A DNA stretch of 64,000 nucleotides from Harriotta raleighana (lineage: Eukaryota), in contig JBNZDD010013584.1 in assembly GCA_050575255.1 (NCBI GenBank), positions 1,734,953-1,798,952 of the forward strand. Direction: 5' to 3'. How positions within the stretch are numbered: the first letter of the stretch is position 1; every line of letters begins with the position of its first letter. The notes under the pieces are model-generated. The model had not been told where the DNA came from. It made no database searches and was given only the letters and a program-made list of their open reading frames with translations. Below, one piece after another: positions 54,101 to 64,000 of this stretch. The translations under genes were made by a program, and so were the position numbers.

Positions 54101-57100
54101 CACTCAGCTCCTGTTAATCCTATAAACCAAAGCCCAAAGGGTTGGATGGTCTTAGCTGCGGCAACAACAACAACAACAATTTTGATTTATATAGCGCCCT
54201 CCACGCCGGATGGCATCTCAGAGTGCTTCACAATAGTGGATCCCGGGACGGAGCCAGGGGCAAGGGTAGAAAGGTGACCAAAGGCGCGGTCGAAGAGAAA
54301 GGGGGCAAGGCGGAGGGAATGAGGAAGGGAATTCTAGAGGCTTGGGGCATAGTGGCTGAAAGCATGGCTACCGAGGGTGAGCAGAGGATTCAGGGGTCAT
54401 GGAGGAGGCCAGACCTGGTGGAGCGGAGGCAACGGGTGCTGGTTTGATGAGAGAGGAGGTCAAAGAGGTAGGGGGGTGCAGAGGAGGGATTTGAAGACGA
54501 GGGTGAGGATCTTGAAATCAATCTCTCTGGGATAGGGAGCCAGTGAAGTCTGGCAAGGAATGGGGTAATGGGGGAGCGAAGTTTGGTGCGGGTGAAAACG
54601 TGAGTGGCAGAGTTCTGGATAAGATGGACTCTGTGGATTGTGGAGGAGGGGAGATCGGAGAGGAGGGCATTGCAATAGTCCAGCTGAGAGGTGACAAAGG
54701 TGTGGACCAGAGTTTCAGCGGTTTTTGGGGTGAGGTATTGGCAGAGACAGGTGATTCGTCGGAGGTGGTGAGGGTCTGGATGTGAGGGAGGAAGGACAGT
54801 TGGAGGTCGAACCTGACGCCTAGGTTGCGCATAGGTTCGGAGAGTTTTAGGAGCAGATTGGGAAGGTGGAGGAGGTGAGATCCATGCGAATGGAGACATT
54901 GACGAGAGCCATAGCCAAAGCTGAAGCAATGAGAAAGCTTGCCAGTCAGTGATATCAATGGCAATTTATCCAGTTTGGGCTGATTAGGCTCCAGTAGTAC
55001 CCCAACGGACACTCAAGCCTTGGCTCTTGCCAAACTGCACTTAATACATTCTGGAATTAGGTCAGCAGGATATGTCCTCCAAAGAGAGAGGGAGTACGCA
55101 TTCCATTCTAACAATCTATCTCTAGAGTTTTCAATGTGTGGGTGGAATGCATTTAATTCTATTTGGATGGTCCTAAGCACAGTGATAGGTATTCACATTT
55201 ATCAGATACTCATCTGACCAAAGCAAATCAACCTGACCAAATAATTGTGTGTTGATTTTCTGCTTCACACTAGCTTTAAGATTTTATGAATTCCAAATTA
55301 ATAAAATGCCATATAAGTATCTCACCGTAACAAGTTTTACACATTATAATTGCTAATGAGTGGACTGATTGTTATATAGGTGTAAGAGTCGATGAATTTT
55401 GTGACCCTGCGGTGAAGTAAGGACTGATACAAAAGGACTGATAAAAAGAAAGAAAAGAAACCAAATGTTGTGGGAGAGATAGGTAGCAAGGTCCAATTTA
55501 ATGTCCAGATTAATCCGAAAATAAGTTCATCAAACAGGATCCAAGTATTGTTGTACGATTTCCAGTTCGACATCCGAAAGTATCCAAGTATTATTGTGCC
55601 GTTTCCAGTTCGATATCCAAGTACTACTGTACTTGTAGAGTTGCTCCACTCATATTCTTGATCTTCTCTTCTTCCGAAGCTGAGAAATGGATTTGTGACT
55701 CCCAAGTTCCAATTTTTCCTCTTTCTCGATTTCTCCTTTCTCTTCCTCGATTTCTCCTTTCTCTTCCATTCTTCCTTGTATCGATCTCTCTTTATTCAGT
55801 TCATGACCTTTCACCCATTATCCTTTGCAAGATGGTTCCTCTGCAAAAATAAATGCAATACAGCTCCCTTTCCAGCTGCAGACCATATCTCCATGAGAAG
55901 ATCGCTGATATAAACTGAAAACACTTTGTTGTTTATACACAATCCCTTGTCTCCTCTACCAAACTAGTCACAACTAAGTCCTATTAGGTACAATTGTTTA
56001 CATATGTCTCAAATCGCCATTATAATTTGAGATATTAATTAACACATTAATTACAGAATCCTACTTAGGTAATAGCAGCAACCAATCAGCATCAGTAATG
56101 GCTTATAGCTACTGAGTCATGTAGCTCAGTGGTTAGAGCACTCGCCTTACATGCGTGAGACCTGTATTTGAATCCAGGCAGGACACGGTGAAGCCTTGGG
56201 CAAGTTTCCTTACTCCACACTCCTAATAAAAAAAGTTATTTTTTTAATAAAAAAATTAATACAAATAAAATAATTTTAATTTTTTTATTAGGAATAATTT
56301 ATTTTATGAATTCAAAAACTTCCCTAAAAAAATTAATAAAAATTATTCATTTTAATTCATGACTCTTTGTGGGACACTGCTGTGCACAATTGACTGCCAC
56401 ATTTCACCCACAAATATAGTTAATTCATTTTTCAGTATATTGTGTGAAGCGATTTGAGACATCTAGAAGACGTGAAAGGCACTATATCAAATGCAAGGAT
56501 TATTATTATTATAAATCAAAATAAGATGAACATTCTGAATTACAGCAATGTTTAATTTTGTTCTGACACAGCTGTACTGTCCTGAAAGGATTTTTTTGTA
56601 TAAATGCACAGCAGCATGGGAGACAATGCAAAAATTATAAAATAAGATTTGAATGTCCAGAAGACTTTTGCAACACTAGTGAGTATATTAGACATATTAA
56701 ACACTACTTATTTTCCAGATTATGGTATTTTCTTCGCTGTCAGTTGTACTGTCTTCTTGTAATGTACTTTTCCAGATTCAGAACCTTGTTATACACAATG
56801 GTTTGACCGTGATAATCCTTCTGGAAGTGGAGACTATGAGACAACACCAGAGATCCAACAGGAAAACCCTGAACAGATGTGCACCAACCCTATTTCGTGT
56901 GAAGTTCAAACAACCCTTGGAACTCCAGTGGATCTCACAACTGATAATACTAAACTGTAAATAGAAAATTTAGTCGCTTTCTCTTTTGATTTATTTAAAC
57001 AATAATGTTTAGAATGGGAACTTTAAAACCTAACACATGGTGATTTCCAATGATGCTCCTTCAGAATTACTGAGTTGTAAGCAACAATTCCCTTCTCTGT

Positions 57101-60100
57101 TGGAATTCCTACACTAGCCTGTGGTAAATCCAATTTATTCAAAATAACTTGTGTCAGATTGTGTTCCTGTGGGTTGATGTGACTTCTATCTGGTAATGTA
57201 GTGTTCTATTGCTATGACAGTTTGCTAATGTGAGAGACTCTTTTTTTAGACAGAATGTGATTTAATTAATTATAAATTAATACATTATGAACCAAATATT
57301 TCCTCATCAATTCATACTCATAGTCAGTCCTTGCATAGTCAAGTCAGAAGGTAAATCTACGCAAACACCTTGCTTGTCGGCTTTCCCAATTCCTCCCTCA
57401 GGTTGCAGATAATCCGGAACAATGCGGCCCGTGTCCTGTGTCATCATCAATAACAACAGCAATAACTTTGGATTTATCCCCCTTTTAAATAGAAATAAAC
57501 TTTTCAAAATGCTTTGCAAAATATAGTCTAATTGCTAAGAAATGGAGTGAATGTTGTTGTATTGTCAAGTACAGCCTTGGGAAACCTTGCCAGATAGCAA
57601 TATCAATGGCAAACTATGTGGTTCGTCTAAAGCAGTTACCCCAATGCACATTCTGGCCTCCATAGGCTTTCGTTATTGCCAACCTATGCATAATTCTTTC
57701 TAGAATTAGTGAATCAGGATGCTTATTGTATTAAAGTTACATCAGTATTTAATTTGGTTCTTCCATAGTTGTACTGTCCTCAATGGATTTTCTTGCATAA
57801 ATAAACACCAGAATGGGGAACAGTGTGAAGATTATAAAATACGATATGAATGTCCAGAAGACTTTTGTAAAGATAGTGAGTATGTACTGTATTTATAAAA
57901 TACCATGTTGATTATGTCATCATCCTGCTTGTCGGCCTTCCCAACTCCCTCCTCCATTTGCTGCAGATCATCCAGAACTCTGTAGCCCCAAGCTCCACGA
58001 CTCTATCACTCCCATTCTCGCCCAACTCCACTGGCTTCCCATCATTCAGAGGATTGAATTCAAGATCCTGGTCCTCACCTTTAAAGCCCTCCTTCGCCTT
58101 GACCCACCCTATCTCTGCAACCTCCTAACCCCCTACCAACCAGCCAGCTCCCTCCACTCAGCGGACTCCAGACTACTTCACGTCTCCCGACCCACACGCC
58201 TCACCATCGCTGGGTGAGCCTCAGCTGCTCCGCCCCCAACCTTTGGAATTTGATCTTGCAATCCCTCTACCTCAACCCCTCCCGAGTCCTGCCTTCAAGT
58301 CCTGTTTCAAGACCCTCCTCTGCGACTATGCCATCGGTTACCTCACTTCGCCTCCCTTCCCTCCACCCTTCCTGATCCCGATCCCAGCTCAGGTCTGAAA
58401 AAGACTGTCCAGTGGCTTGGTACGTCCTCATGATGCAAAAGGCACTATACAAATGTAATTTTGTTGTTAATATTCTTTCTTAGATTCAGAACTTTGTTAT
58501 ACACAATGGTTTGACCGTGATAATCCTTCCGGATCTGGAGACTATGAGACGGTTACAGAGCTCAGAAGAGAATACCCCGATCAGTTGTGCACCAACCCAA
58601 TTTCTTGTGAAGTTCAGACAATCCATGGAACTCCAGCAGAACTCACAGCTGATAATATTAAAATGTAAATACTGATTTTAGTTGTTAACTCAATGTCAAA
58701 GTAATTTTCTTCATTTTACACTATATTTAGAATGGGTACTTGACCCACTAGATACACACTAGATCCCATCATTCCCTCCCTCTCGCTTACTTTACCTGTG
58801 TAGCGCTTTTGAGATATCACAACAATGTGCTAAAGGTGCTGTATCAAATGCAACAGTTATTGTTTCAAGCGCTTATGAGATGCAGAGCTTGAAACAATTG
58901 ATATAACACTCCTGAATGAGAGGTGCTATATCAATGCAAGCTGTTTTGGGGGATACTCACAATCCAGGCTGTTTCATCCTCTTGGCTGAACAAATTCCTT
59001 CAAAATAATAATAATAATAAATTGGCCACTCAATCCCTCGACTGTTTGGGGGACACTTCTGTGGGCAATTGGCTGCCACATTTCCTCATGCAGAGTATCA
59101 ACTGCAGCATGGACTAGTTGGGTCATTGGCCTCTTTCCATCCTGTAAAATCTATATAAACTCAAGAAGTAGATCATGTTGGAGTCATGTTCCTATTGGTT
59201 TCTGTGTGTATATCTGATAAGGATCAATCAGAGTATGAAATTTGCTGGTTAGTTCTGCTCAATGAAAAAAACGGGTTACATTTCAGGTTTGCTAAAGTCA
59301 GGCCAGAGTAGGNTTCGCCTTGACCCACCCTATCTCTGCAACCTCCTAACCCCCTACCAACCAGCCAGCTCCCTCCACTCAGCGGACTCCAGACTACTTC
59401 ACGTCTCCCGACCCACACGCCTCACCATCGCTGGGTGAGCCTCAGCTGCTCCGCCCCCAACCTTTGGAATTTGATCTTGCAATCCCTCTACCTCAACCCC
59501 TCCCGAGTCCTGCCTTCAAGTCCTGTTTCAAGACCCTCCTCTGCGACTATGCCATCGGTTACCTCACTTCGCCTCCCTTCCCTCCACCCTTCCTGATCCC
59601 GATCCCAGCTCAGGTCTGAAAAAGACTGTCCAGTGGCTTGGTACGTCCTCATGATGCAAAAGGCACTATACAAATGTAATTTTGTTGTTAATATTCTTTC
59701 TTAGATTCAGAACTTTGTTATACACAATGGTTTGACCGTGATAATCCTTCCGGATCTGGAGACTATGAGACGGTTACAGAGCTCAGAAGAGAATACCCCG
59801 ATCAGTTGTGCACCAACCCAATTTCTTGTGAAGTTCAGACAATCCATGGAACTCCAGCAGAACTCACAGCTGATAATATTAAAATGTAAATACTGATTTT
59901 AGTTGTTAACTCAATGTCAAAGTAATTTTCTTCATTTTACACTATATTTAGAATGGGTACTTGACCCACTAGATACACACTAGATCCCATCATTCCCTCC
60001 CTCTCGCTTACTTTACCTGTGTAGCGCTTTTGAGATATCACAACAATGTGCTAAAGGTGCTGTATCAAATGCAACAGTTATTGTTTCAAGCGCTTATGAG

Positions 60101-63100
60101 ATGCAGAGCTTGAAACAATTGATATAACACTCCTGAATGAGAGGTGCTATATCAATGCAAGCTGTTTTGGGGGATACTCACAATCCAGGCTGTTTCATCC
60201 TCTTGGCTGAACAAATTCCTTCAAAATAATAATAATAATAAATTGGCCACTCAATCCCTCGACTGTTTGGGGGACACTTCTGTGGGCAATTGGCTGCCAC
60301 ATTTCCTCATGCAGAGTATCAACTGCAGCATGGACTAGTTGGGTCATTGGCCTCTTTCCATCCTGTAAAATCTATATAAACTCAAGAAGTAGATCATGTT
60401 GGAGTCATGTTCCTATTGGTTTCTGTGTGTATATCTGATAAGGATCAATCAGAGTATGAAATTTGCTGGTTAGTTCTGCTCAATGAAAAAAACGGGTTAC
60501 ATTTCAGGTTTGCTAAAGTCAGGCCAGAGTAGGGTGAATGTGTCACTGCCCTAGAATTAGGAATGTATGTGAGAAAAGGGTAGAAATGATGAGGGACTTT
60601 AATCAGCCCACCATAAACTGGTGAATGTCCTAGTGTGAGGAATTCTAACTTCGTAAATGTAATCCACAATGTATTCCTGCCTCAGTATGTCAGGGAAACC
60701 TACAAAGGGCAGTTCCCTTCTGGATTTAGGTCTATTCAGTATCCCAAATAAAACTACTTCTACTATTCATGGAGCAGCAGTAGTTGATCCACTAAGTATC
60801 AATGACCATATTAGTAAAATTCAATTAGATTTGAAAACAGCACAAGTTCATAAACGGGAGGCCAGGTGGGTGAGCATTCTGGAAGGATGAGGTCAAATGG
60901 ACTGAAGGGCCTTCTTCTTCTGAACTGATCGTGTAATCTTTTGCTTTCGACAATAGCAACAACAATGACTCACCATTTTATAATACCTTATAATAAAAAG
61001 AAATATCATCCACAAAATACACCATCAATTCATTTTACAGTACATCTTGTGAAGCACACTGAGGCTTCCTGAAGATGGGATATCTTCCTATTGCTATAAA
61101 CAATAATAAATTTGTCATTTCAATCTATGACTGCTTGTGGGACACCATTGTGTGCAATTGGCTGCCGCGTTTCACCCACAAATATACAGCCAATTCATTT
61201 TACAATATATTCTGTGAAGCGCTTTGAGACATCTAGAAGACATGATAAGGCGCTGTGTCAAATGCAAGGATTACTGTATTATTATAAGGCGCTATATAAA
61301 AAGTACAGATTATTAATATTATTATAGAGACAACACAAGAGCCAATCTCTGCCAAAAACATTCTGTTAACAGGAGCAACCAATCTATTTGAATGTGTGAT
61401 TACAGGATCAGTCCCCATATTAGGGAAGATCATCACACAGCTGCAGGATTACAACATAACATCATATTCACATTTACAACAGTGTTTAATTTGTTTGTTA
61501 CACAGGTGTTCTGTGCTTGGAGGATTTTTTTGTATGAATAAACGGCAGAAAGGAAAACAGTGTCAAGATTATAAAATAAGGTTTAAATGTCCCGAAGACT
61601 TTTGCAAAGCTGGTGAGTAGATTGGATATACATAAACGTCATTTAGTTTGTGGATTATGGTGTTTCTTTTCCTGAGTGTTGAAATCTCTTGTCTTTTCTA
61701 GATTCAGAACCTTGTTATACACAATGGTTTAATCGCGATAGACCTTCTGGAGATGGAGACTACGAGACTGTATCAGAGATCAAACAAGAATATCCTAACC
61801 AGATGTGTGACAACCCTACTTTGTGTGAAGTTCAGACAGTCCATGGAACTCCGGCGGAACTCACAAGTGATAATATTAAGCTGTAAATATTAATTCTGAT
61901 CACTGTATCTTGTTAAAGTTGCTGTTTCTGATTTTACAACATGTATAGTGCCTTGGGCGTCCTCCAGACATGAAAGGTACTATACAAGTGTAATTTTGTT
62001 GTTGTTGTATACAATTTGCATTGAACTAAAATGTGGGGATTTCTAATTAGATTCCTTACCAGTGATTGAGTTGTAAGGGGCGACTTCCTGTATCAGAATT
62101 GCATTACACTGGTTCATAGGAACTCCTCCCGCGTAAACGTTCCTGTATTTCTGGTGTTTGGCTGTGACATTAAATGTGAATGGGAGTAACTTTTTTTTCC
62201 TGAAAGAAAGTTGTTTTTGAATTTTAAATCATTAAATTACAAACATTTCCTATGCAGCCCATACATAACCACATAACCACAAAGCTGCAGTGGAATGCTT
62301 CATTTCTACCATGTTCCACCATCATAGGTAGAGATGAAATTTGCCCTCTCAAAGGATCTGACCAAATAATGCATGTGGAAACCCATCACCATTCTTAAGA
62401 GTATCCAAACCAAACTCAGATTTCCATGCATCCCACCCGCACATGGAAATCCCTGAGATGGATTGTTGGAATGGAATGCTCTCTCTCTTCTTTGAGGGAT
62501 GCATCCTGTTTACCTAATTCTGGAAAGTAATAGGCGCATTTTGACAAGACTCAAGGCTTGGGGACACTAGAATGTATGTTGGGATACAACTGGAGTCGAG
62601 CCAGCTAAAATCACATAGCTTGCATTGATTTTGCTCTCTGGCAAGCTTTCCCACTACTTGTCCAGCTAGGACTACACTCCCATTGAGGCTTTGGCTGCAA
62701 GGTTATCATGGGTTGAGTGAGATAACTCCCTGCCTCAGTGACTGGTCTGCCCTTCCAGGTCTTGCCAATGAGACAGCAGTGCCCTGTCTCATTAGCAGTG
62801 CCCTCGAATACTGCGGACTCATCTAGCTCAAGAATCAAACTAACGAGTCCTTCACTGTGGTACAGCTTGATTCTGACATTCTGTGGCAAAACATCTCACA
62901 GAGTCAGTTCATCTCCAATTCTTCACTTTATGCAAATAGATCCTTTGTGTAATTGTCAGACTTGTATCAATGGTCTCAGTGGACAAGCGCAATGAAATTA
63001 GGCAGAAGACATTTTTACATAGCTTTTTGGATTATTTTGAATACTTTTGTAAATTTAATTTAGTTGGTGTTATCTCTAGACTTTTTCCAATAGGTATGAA

Positions 63101-63882
63101 TCCTTATAAATGGATTATGGTAGCTATGGTTGTAATAATTTATGTTTTTGCTCTACGTTTCTTGAGTGCCTAAAGCAATAGAGGATAAATTCTGAAAACT
63201 GAAGGTTGGGGCCTTCACCAAAATTATATACAATTATAAAATTCAGAATTATAGTAAAATTGTGTTTGGTTCTTCCATAGCTGTACTGTCATTGAAGGTT
63301 TTATTTGTGAAAATAAACACCAGCAAGGAAAAGACTGTAAAGATTATAAAATACGATTTAAATGTCCTGAAGACTTCTGTAATGTTGGTGAGTAATTTGG
63401 ATTTATTAAATACCATTCAGTATTCAGATTATAGTATTTCCTTTGTTGTCAGCTGAAGTCACTTCCTTTATTATGCATATTTAGATTCAGACGTTTGTTA
63501 TACACAATGGTTTGAACATGATGACACTTCTAGAAGTGGACAATATGAGACTATAACAGATCTCAGAAAGGAATACCCTGATCAGCTCTGTGATGAACCT
63601 ATTTCTTGCGAAGTTCAGACAACCGAAGGAACTCCAGTGGCCATCGAGGGCGATACTATTAAACTGTAAATTAATCTTGGTTATTTTCTCATACAAAGTA
63701 TTTTACCTGATTTTATTATTTAGAGCAAGGTCATTAGTGGTCTGAACTTCATGAATTTATATGATTCTCACACAGCTGTATTATCCTCAGAGGAGTTTCT
63801 TGCCCAAGTGGACACCACAATAAAAGACAATGCAATAATTATAAAATACGATTTAAATGTCCAAAAGACTTTTGTAATGGTG
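48145..63882 (+). CDS. Spliced gene (3'-incomplete) for a secreted protein made of a signal peptide plus >=8 tandem CysD/Mucin2_WxxW-type domains
   Basis: Joined exons 48145-48153, 48473-48506, 48607-48633, then eight pairs of B (181-208 nt) and A (107 nt) exons. All introns are GT-AG with matching phases, giving 2413 nt with an open frame: MLLAFIIISVIYANSCDSTSSKMDSESCYTIWFDRDDPSGEGDFETVTHIKKDYPGELCDKPIYCEVQTTHGTPAELTGDNIELCTVFEGFSCENKQQEGKHCQDYKIRFKCPKGFCNV... The WFDxDxPSGxGDxE...C...GFxCxN..Q....CxDYxIRFxCP pattern is that of mucin CysD/CILP WxxW domains. Confidence 0.9.
48473..48506 (+). CDS. Signal-peptide exon (AFIIISVIYAN)
   Basis: ctctag|GCATTC...AACA|gtaagt; phase 0 to 1; hydrophobic core. 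Confidence 0.75.
48607..48633 (+). CDS. Linker micro-exon (SCDSTSSKM)
   Basis: tttcag|GCTGT...ATGG|gtaggt; phase 1 to 1; joins in frame to first CysD exon. Confidence 0.7.
49313..49493 (+). CDS. CysD repeat 1, N-half exon
   Basis: ttctag|ATTCAG...GAACT|gtaaat; DSESCYTIWFDRDDPSGEGDFETVTHIKKDYPGELCDKPIYCEVQTTHGTPAELTGDNIEL. Confidence 0.92.
50641..50747 (+). CDS. CysD repeat 1, C-half exon
   Basis: gtatag|CTGT...GTTG|gtgagt; CTVFEGFSCENKQQEGKHCQDYKIRFKCPKGFCNV. Confidence 0.92.
50841..51048 (+). CDS. CysD repeat 2, N-half exon (9-aa Ser/Thr/Asp linker expansion, extra Cys)
   Basis: DSDSSDTSNTSDVCYTEWFDCDNPSGDGDYETVVDIREEYPHQLCKNPISCEVETIKGIPAENTGDIIEV; ag/gt boundaries. Confidence 0.9.
52195..52301 (+). 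CDS. CysD repeat 2, C-half exon
   Basis: CSTNKGFICENKYQKGKECKDYKIRFKCPQDFCQT; ag/gt boundaries. Confidence 0.92.
52398..52578 (+). CDS. CysD repeat 3, N-half exon
   Basis: DSEPCYTQWFDRDDPSGNGDHETTPEIKDEYPDKICKDPISCEVQTTDGTPVELTSNNIDL. Confidence 0.92.
53376..53482 (+). CDS. CysD repeat 3, C-half exon
   Basis: CTVIDGFICENEQQNGGNCKDYKIRYECPDDFCKK. Confidence 0.92.
53576..53768 (+). CDS. CysD repeat 4, N-half exon
   Basis: DTQIPSDICYTQWFDRDTPSGKGDFETTPEILQEYPDQMCKNPIACEVETNESTPSDLTSNDVEL. Confidence 0.9.
54163..54930 (-). mobile_element. L2-clade LINE 3' fragment (intronic)
   Basis: ETLVHTFVTSQLDYCNALL..LP......LIQNSA...ITP.LARLHWLP; (CAA)n tail. Confidence 0.88.
55381..56002. mobile_element. 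Possible solo LTR-like insertion in CysD-gene intron
   Basis: TGTAA...TTACA termini; flanks TAGG/TATG (one mismatch); internal short tandem duplications; not seen in paralogous introns. Confidence 0.35.
56114..56511 (+). mobile_element. tRNA-derived SINE with internal AT-rich expansion (intronic)
   Basis: Family head and tail, with extra fold-back AT-rich sequence at 56221-56340. Confidence 0.85.
56572..56678 (+). CDS. CysD repeat 4, C-half exon
   Basis: CTVLKGFFCINAQQHGRQCKNYKIRFECPEDFCNT. Confidence 0.92.
56776..56956 (+). CDS. CysD repeat 5, N-half exon
   Basis: NSEPCYTQWFDRDNPSGSGDYETTPEIQQENPEQMCTNPISCEVQTTLGTPVDLTTDNTKL. Confidence 0.92.
57769..57875 (+). CDS. CysD repeat 5, C-half exon
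   Basis: CTVLNGFSCINKHQNGEQCEDYKIRYECPEDFCKD. Confidence 0.92.
58484..58664 (+). CDS. CysD repeat 6, N-half exon
   Basis: NSELCYTQWFDRDNPSGSGDYETVTELRREYPDQLCTNPISCEVQTIHGTPAELTADNIKM; an apparently identical copy lies at 59705-59885 inside a probable assembly duplication. Confidence 0.88.
59314..60533 (+). other. 1220-bp tandem copy of 58093-59312, separated by a single N (probable unmerged contig overlap)
   Basis: No differences seen by eye; offset 1221; n at 59313. Confidence 0.9.
61506..61612 (+). CDS. CysD repeat 6, C-half exon
   Basis: CSVLGGFFCMNKRQKGKQCQDYKIRFKCPEDFCKA. Confidence 0.92.
61702..61882 (+). CDS. CysD repeat 7, N-half exon
   Basis: DSEPCYTQWFNRDRPSGDGDYETVSEIKQEYPNQMCDNPTLCEVQTVHGTPAELTSDNIKL. 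Confidence 0.92.
63281..63387 (+). CDS. CysD repeat 7, C-half exon
   Basis: CTVIEGFICENKHQQGKDCKDYKIRFKCPEDFCNV. Confidence 0.92.
63485..63665 (+). CDS. CysD repeat 8, N-half exon (divergent)
   Basis: DSDVCYTQWFEHDDTSRSGQYETITDLRKEYPDQLCDEPISCEVQTTEGTPVAIEGDTIKL. Confidence 0.9.
63776..63882 (+). CDS. CysD repeat 8, C-half exon (divergent); gene continues beyond window
   Basis: CIILRGVSCPSGHHNKRQCNNYKIRFKCPKDFCNG then donor G|gtgagt. Confidence 0.88.
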
Positions 63883-64000
63883 GTGAGTATATTTGATGTA
63901 TTTTGAACTATGATAGAAAGTCCATTATCCACATTGTTTGGTCGATTGTTTGGGGGATATAGAAATGATACCTGTAATGGATTGTATAAAATACTACTTC

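Noticed and set aside
59705-59885. Apparent ninth CysD N-half exon or mutually exclusive exon
   Set aside because: Lies in a 1220-bp apparently identical tandem copy separated by one N (59313). Splicing both copies would frameshift (phase 2 into phase 1). Most likely an unmerged contig overlap; read depth would settle it.
48145-63882. Calling the gene MUC2/MUC5AC/MUC5B or CILP
   Set aside because: Signal peptide joins directly to CysD repeats; no VWD/C8/TIL, PTS or TSP1/Ig segments in the window, so no symbol assigned
49313-63882. CRISPR-like or prokaryotic repeat system
   Set aside because: Repeats are spliceosomal exons in vertebrate DNA; no repeat-spacer array or cas genes

Overview
Eukaryotic, intron-containing, repeat-rich vertebrate DNA. 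The SINE/LINE complement suggests a cartilaginous fish, possibly a holocephalan (inference). Nearly all ORFs in the supplied track are repeat-derived or spurious. Main content: (1) At 48.1-64 kb (+), a multi-exon gene reconstructed by hand with 19 coding exons, all GT-AG and phase-compatible, 2413 nt / 804 codons with no stop, running off the window end. It encodes a signal peptide followed directly by at least 8 tandem mucin CysD/'WxxW' (Mucin2_WxxW-type) domains, with no VWD, PTS or TSP1 segments in the window. Every copy has YxxW instead of WxxW. (2) At 4317-4392 (-), the signal-peptide first coding exon of a divergently transcribed, unidentified gene with a triple-CCAAT promoter. (3) Between them, about 40 kb of intergenic DNA containing many tRNA-derived SINEs, L2/CR1 fragments, a decayed ZMYM1-like hAT transposase, a TA-flanked MITE, a solo LTR with TSD, a decayed ZBTB40-like BTB pseudogene, CTCF-like motifs and an unclassified dispersed repeat. 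Four single-N-separated tandem duplications, one of which duplicates a CysD exon, look like assembly artefacts.
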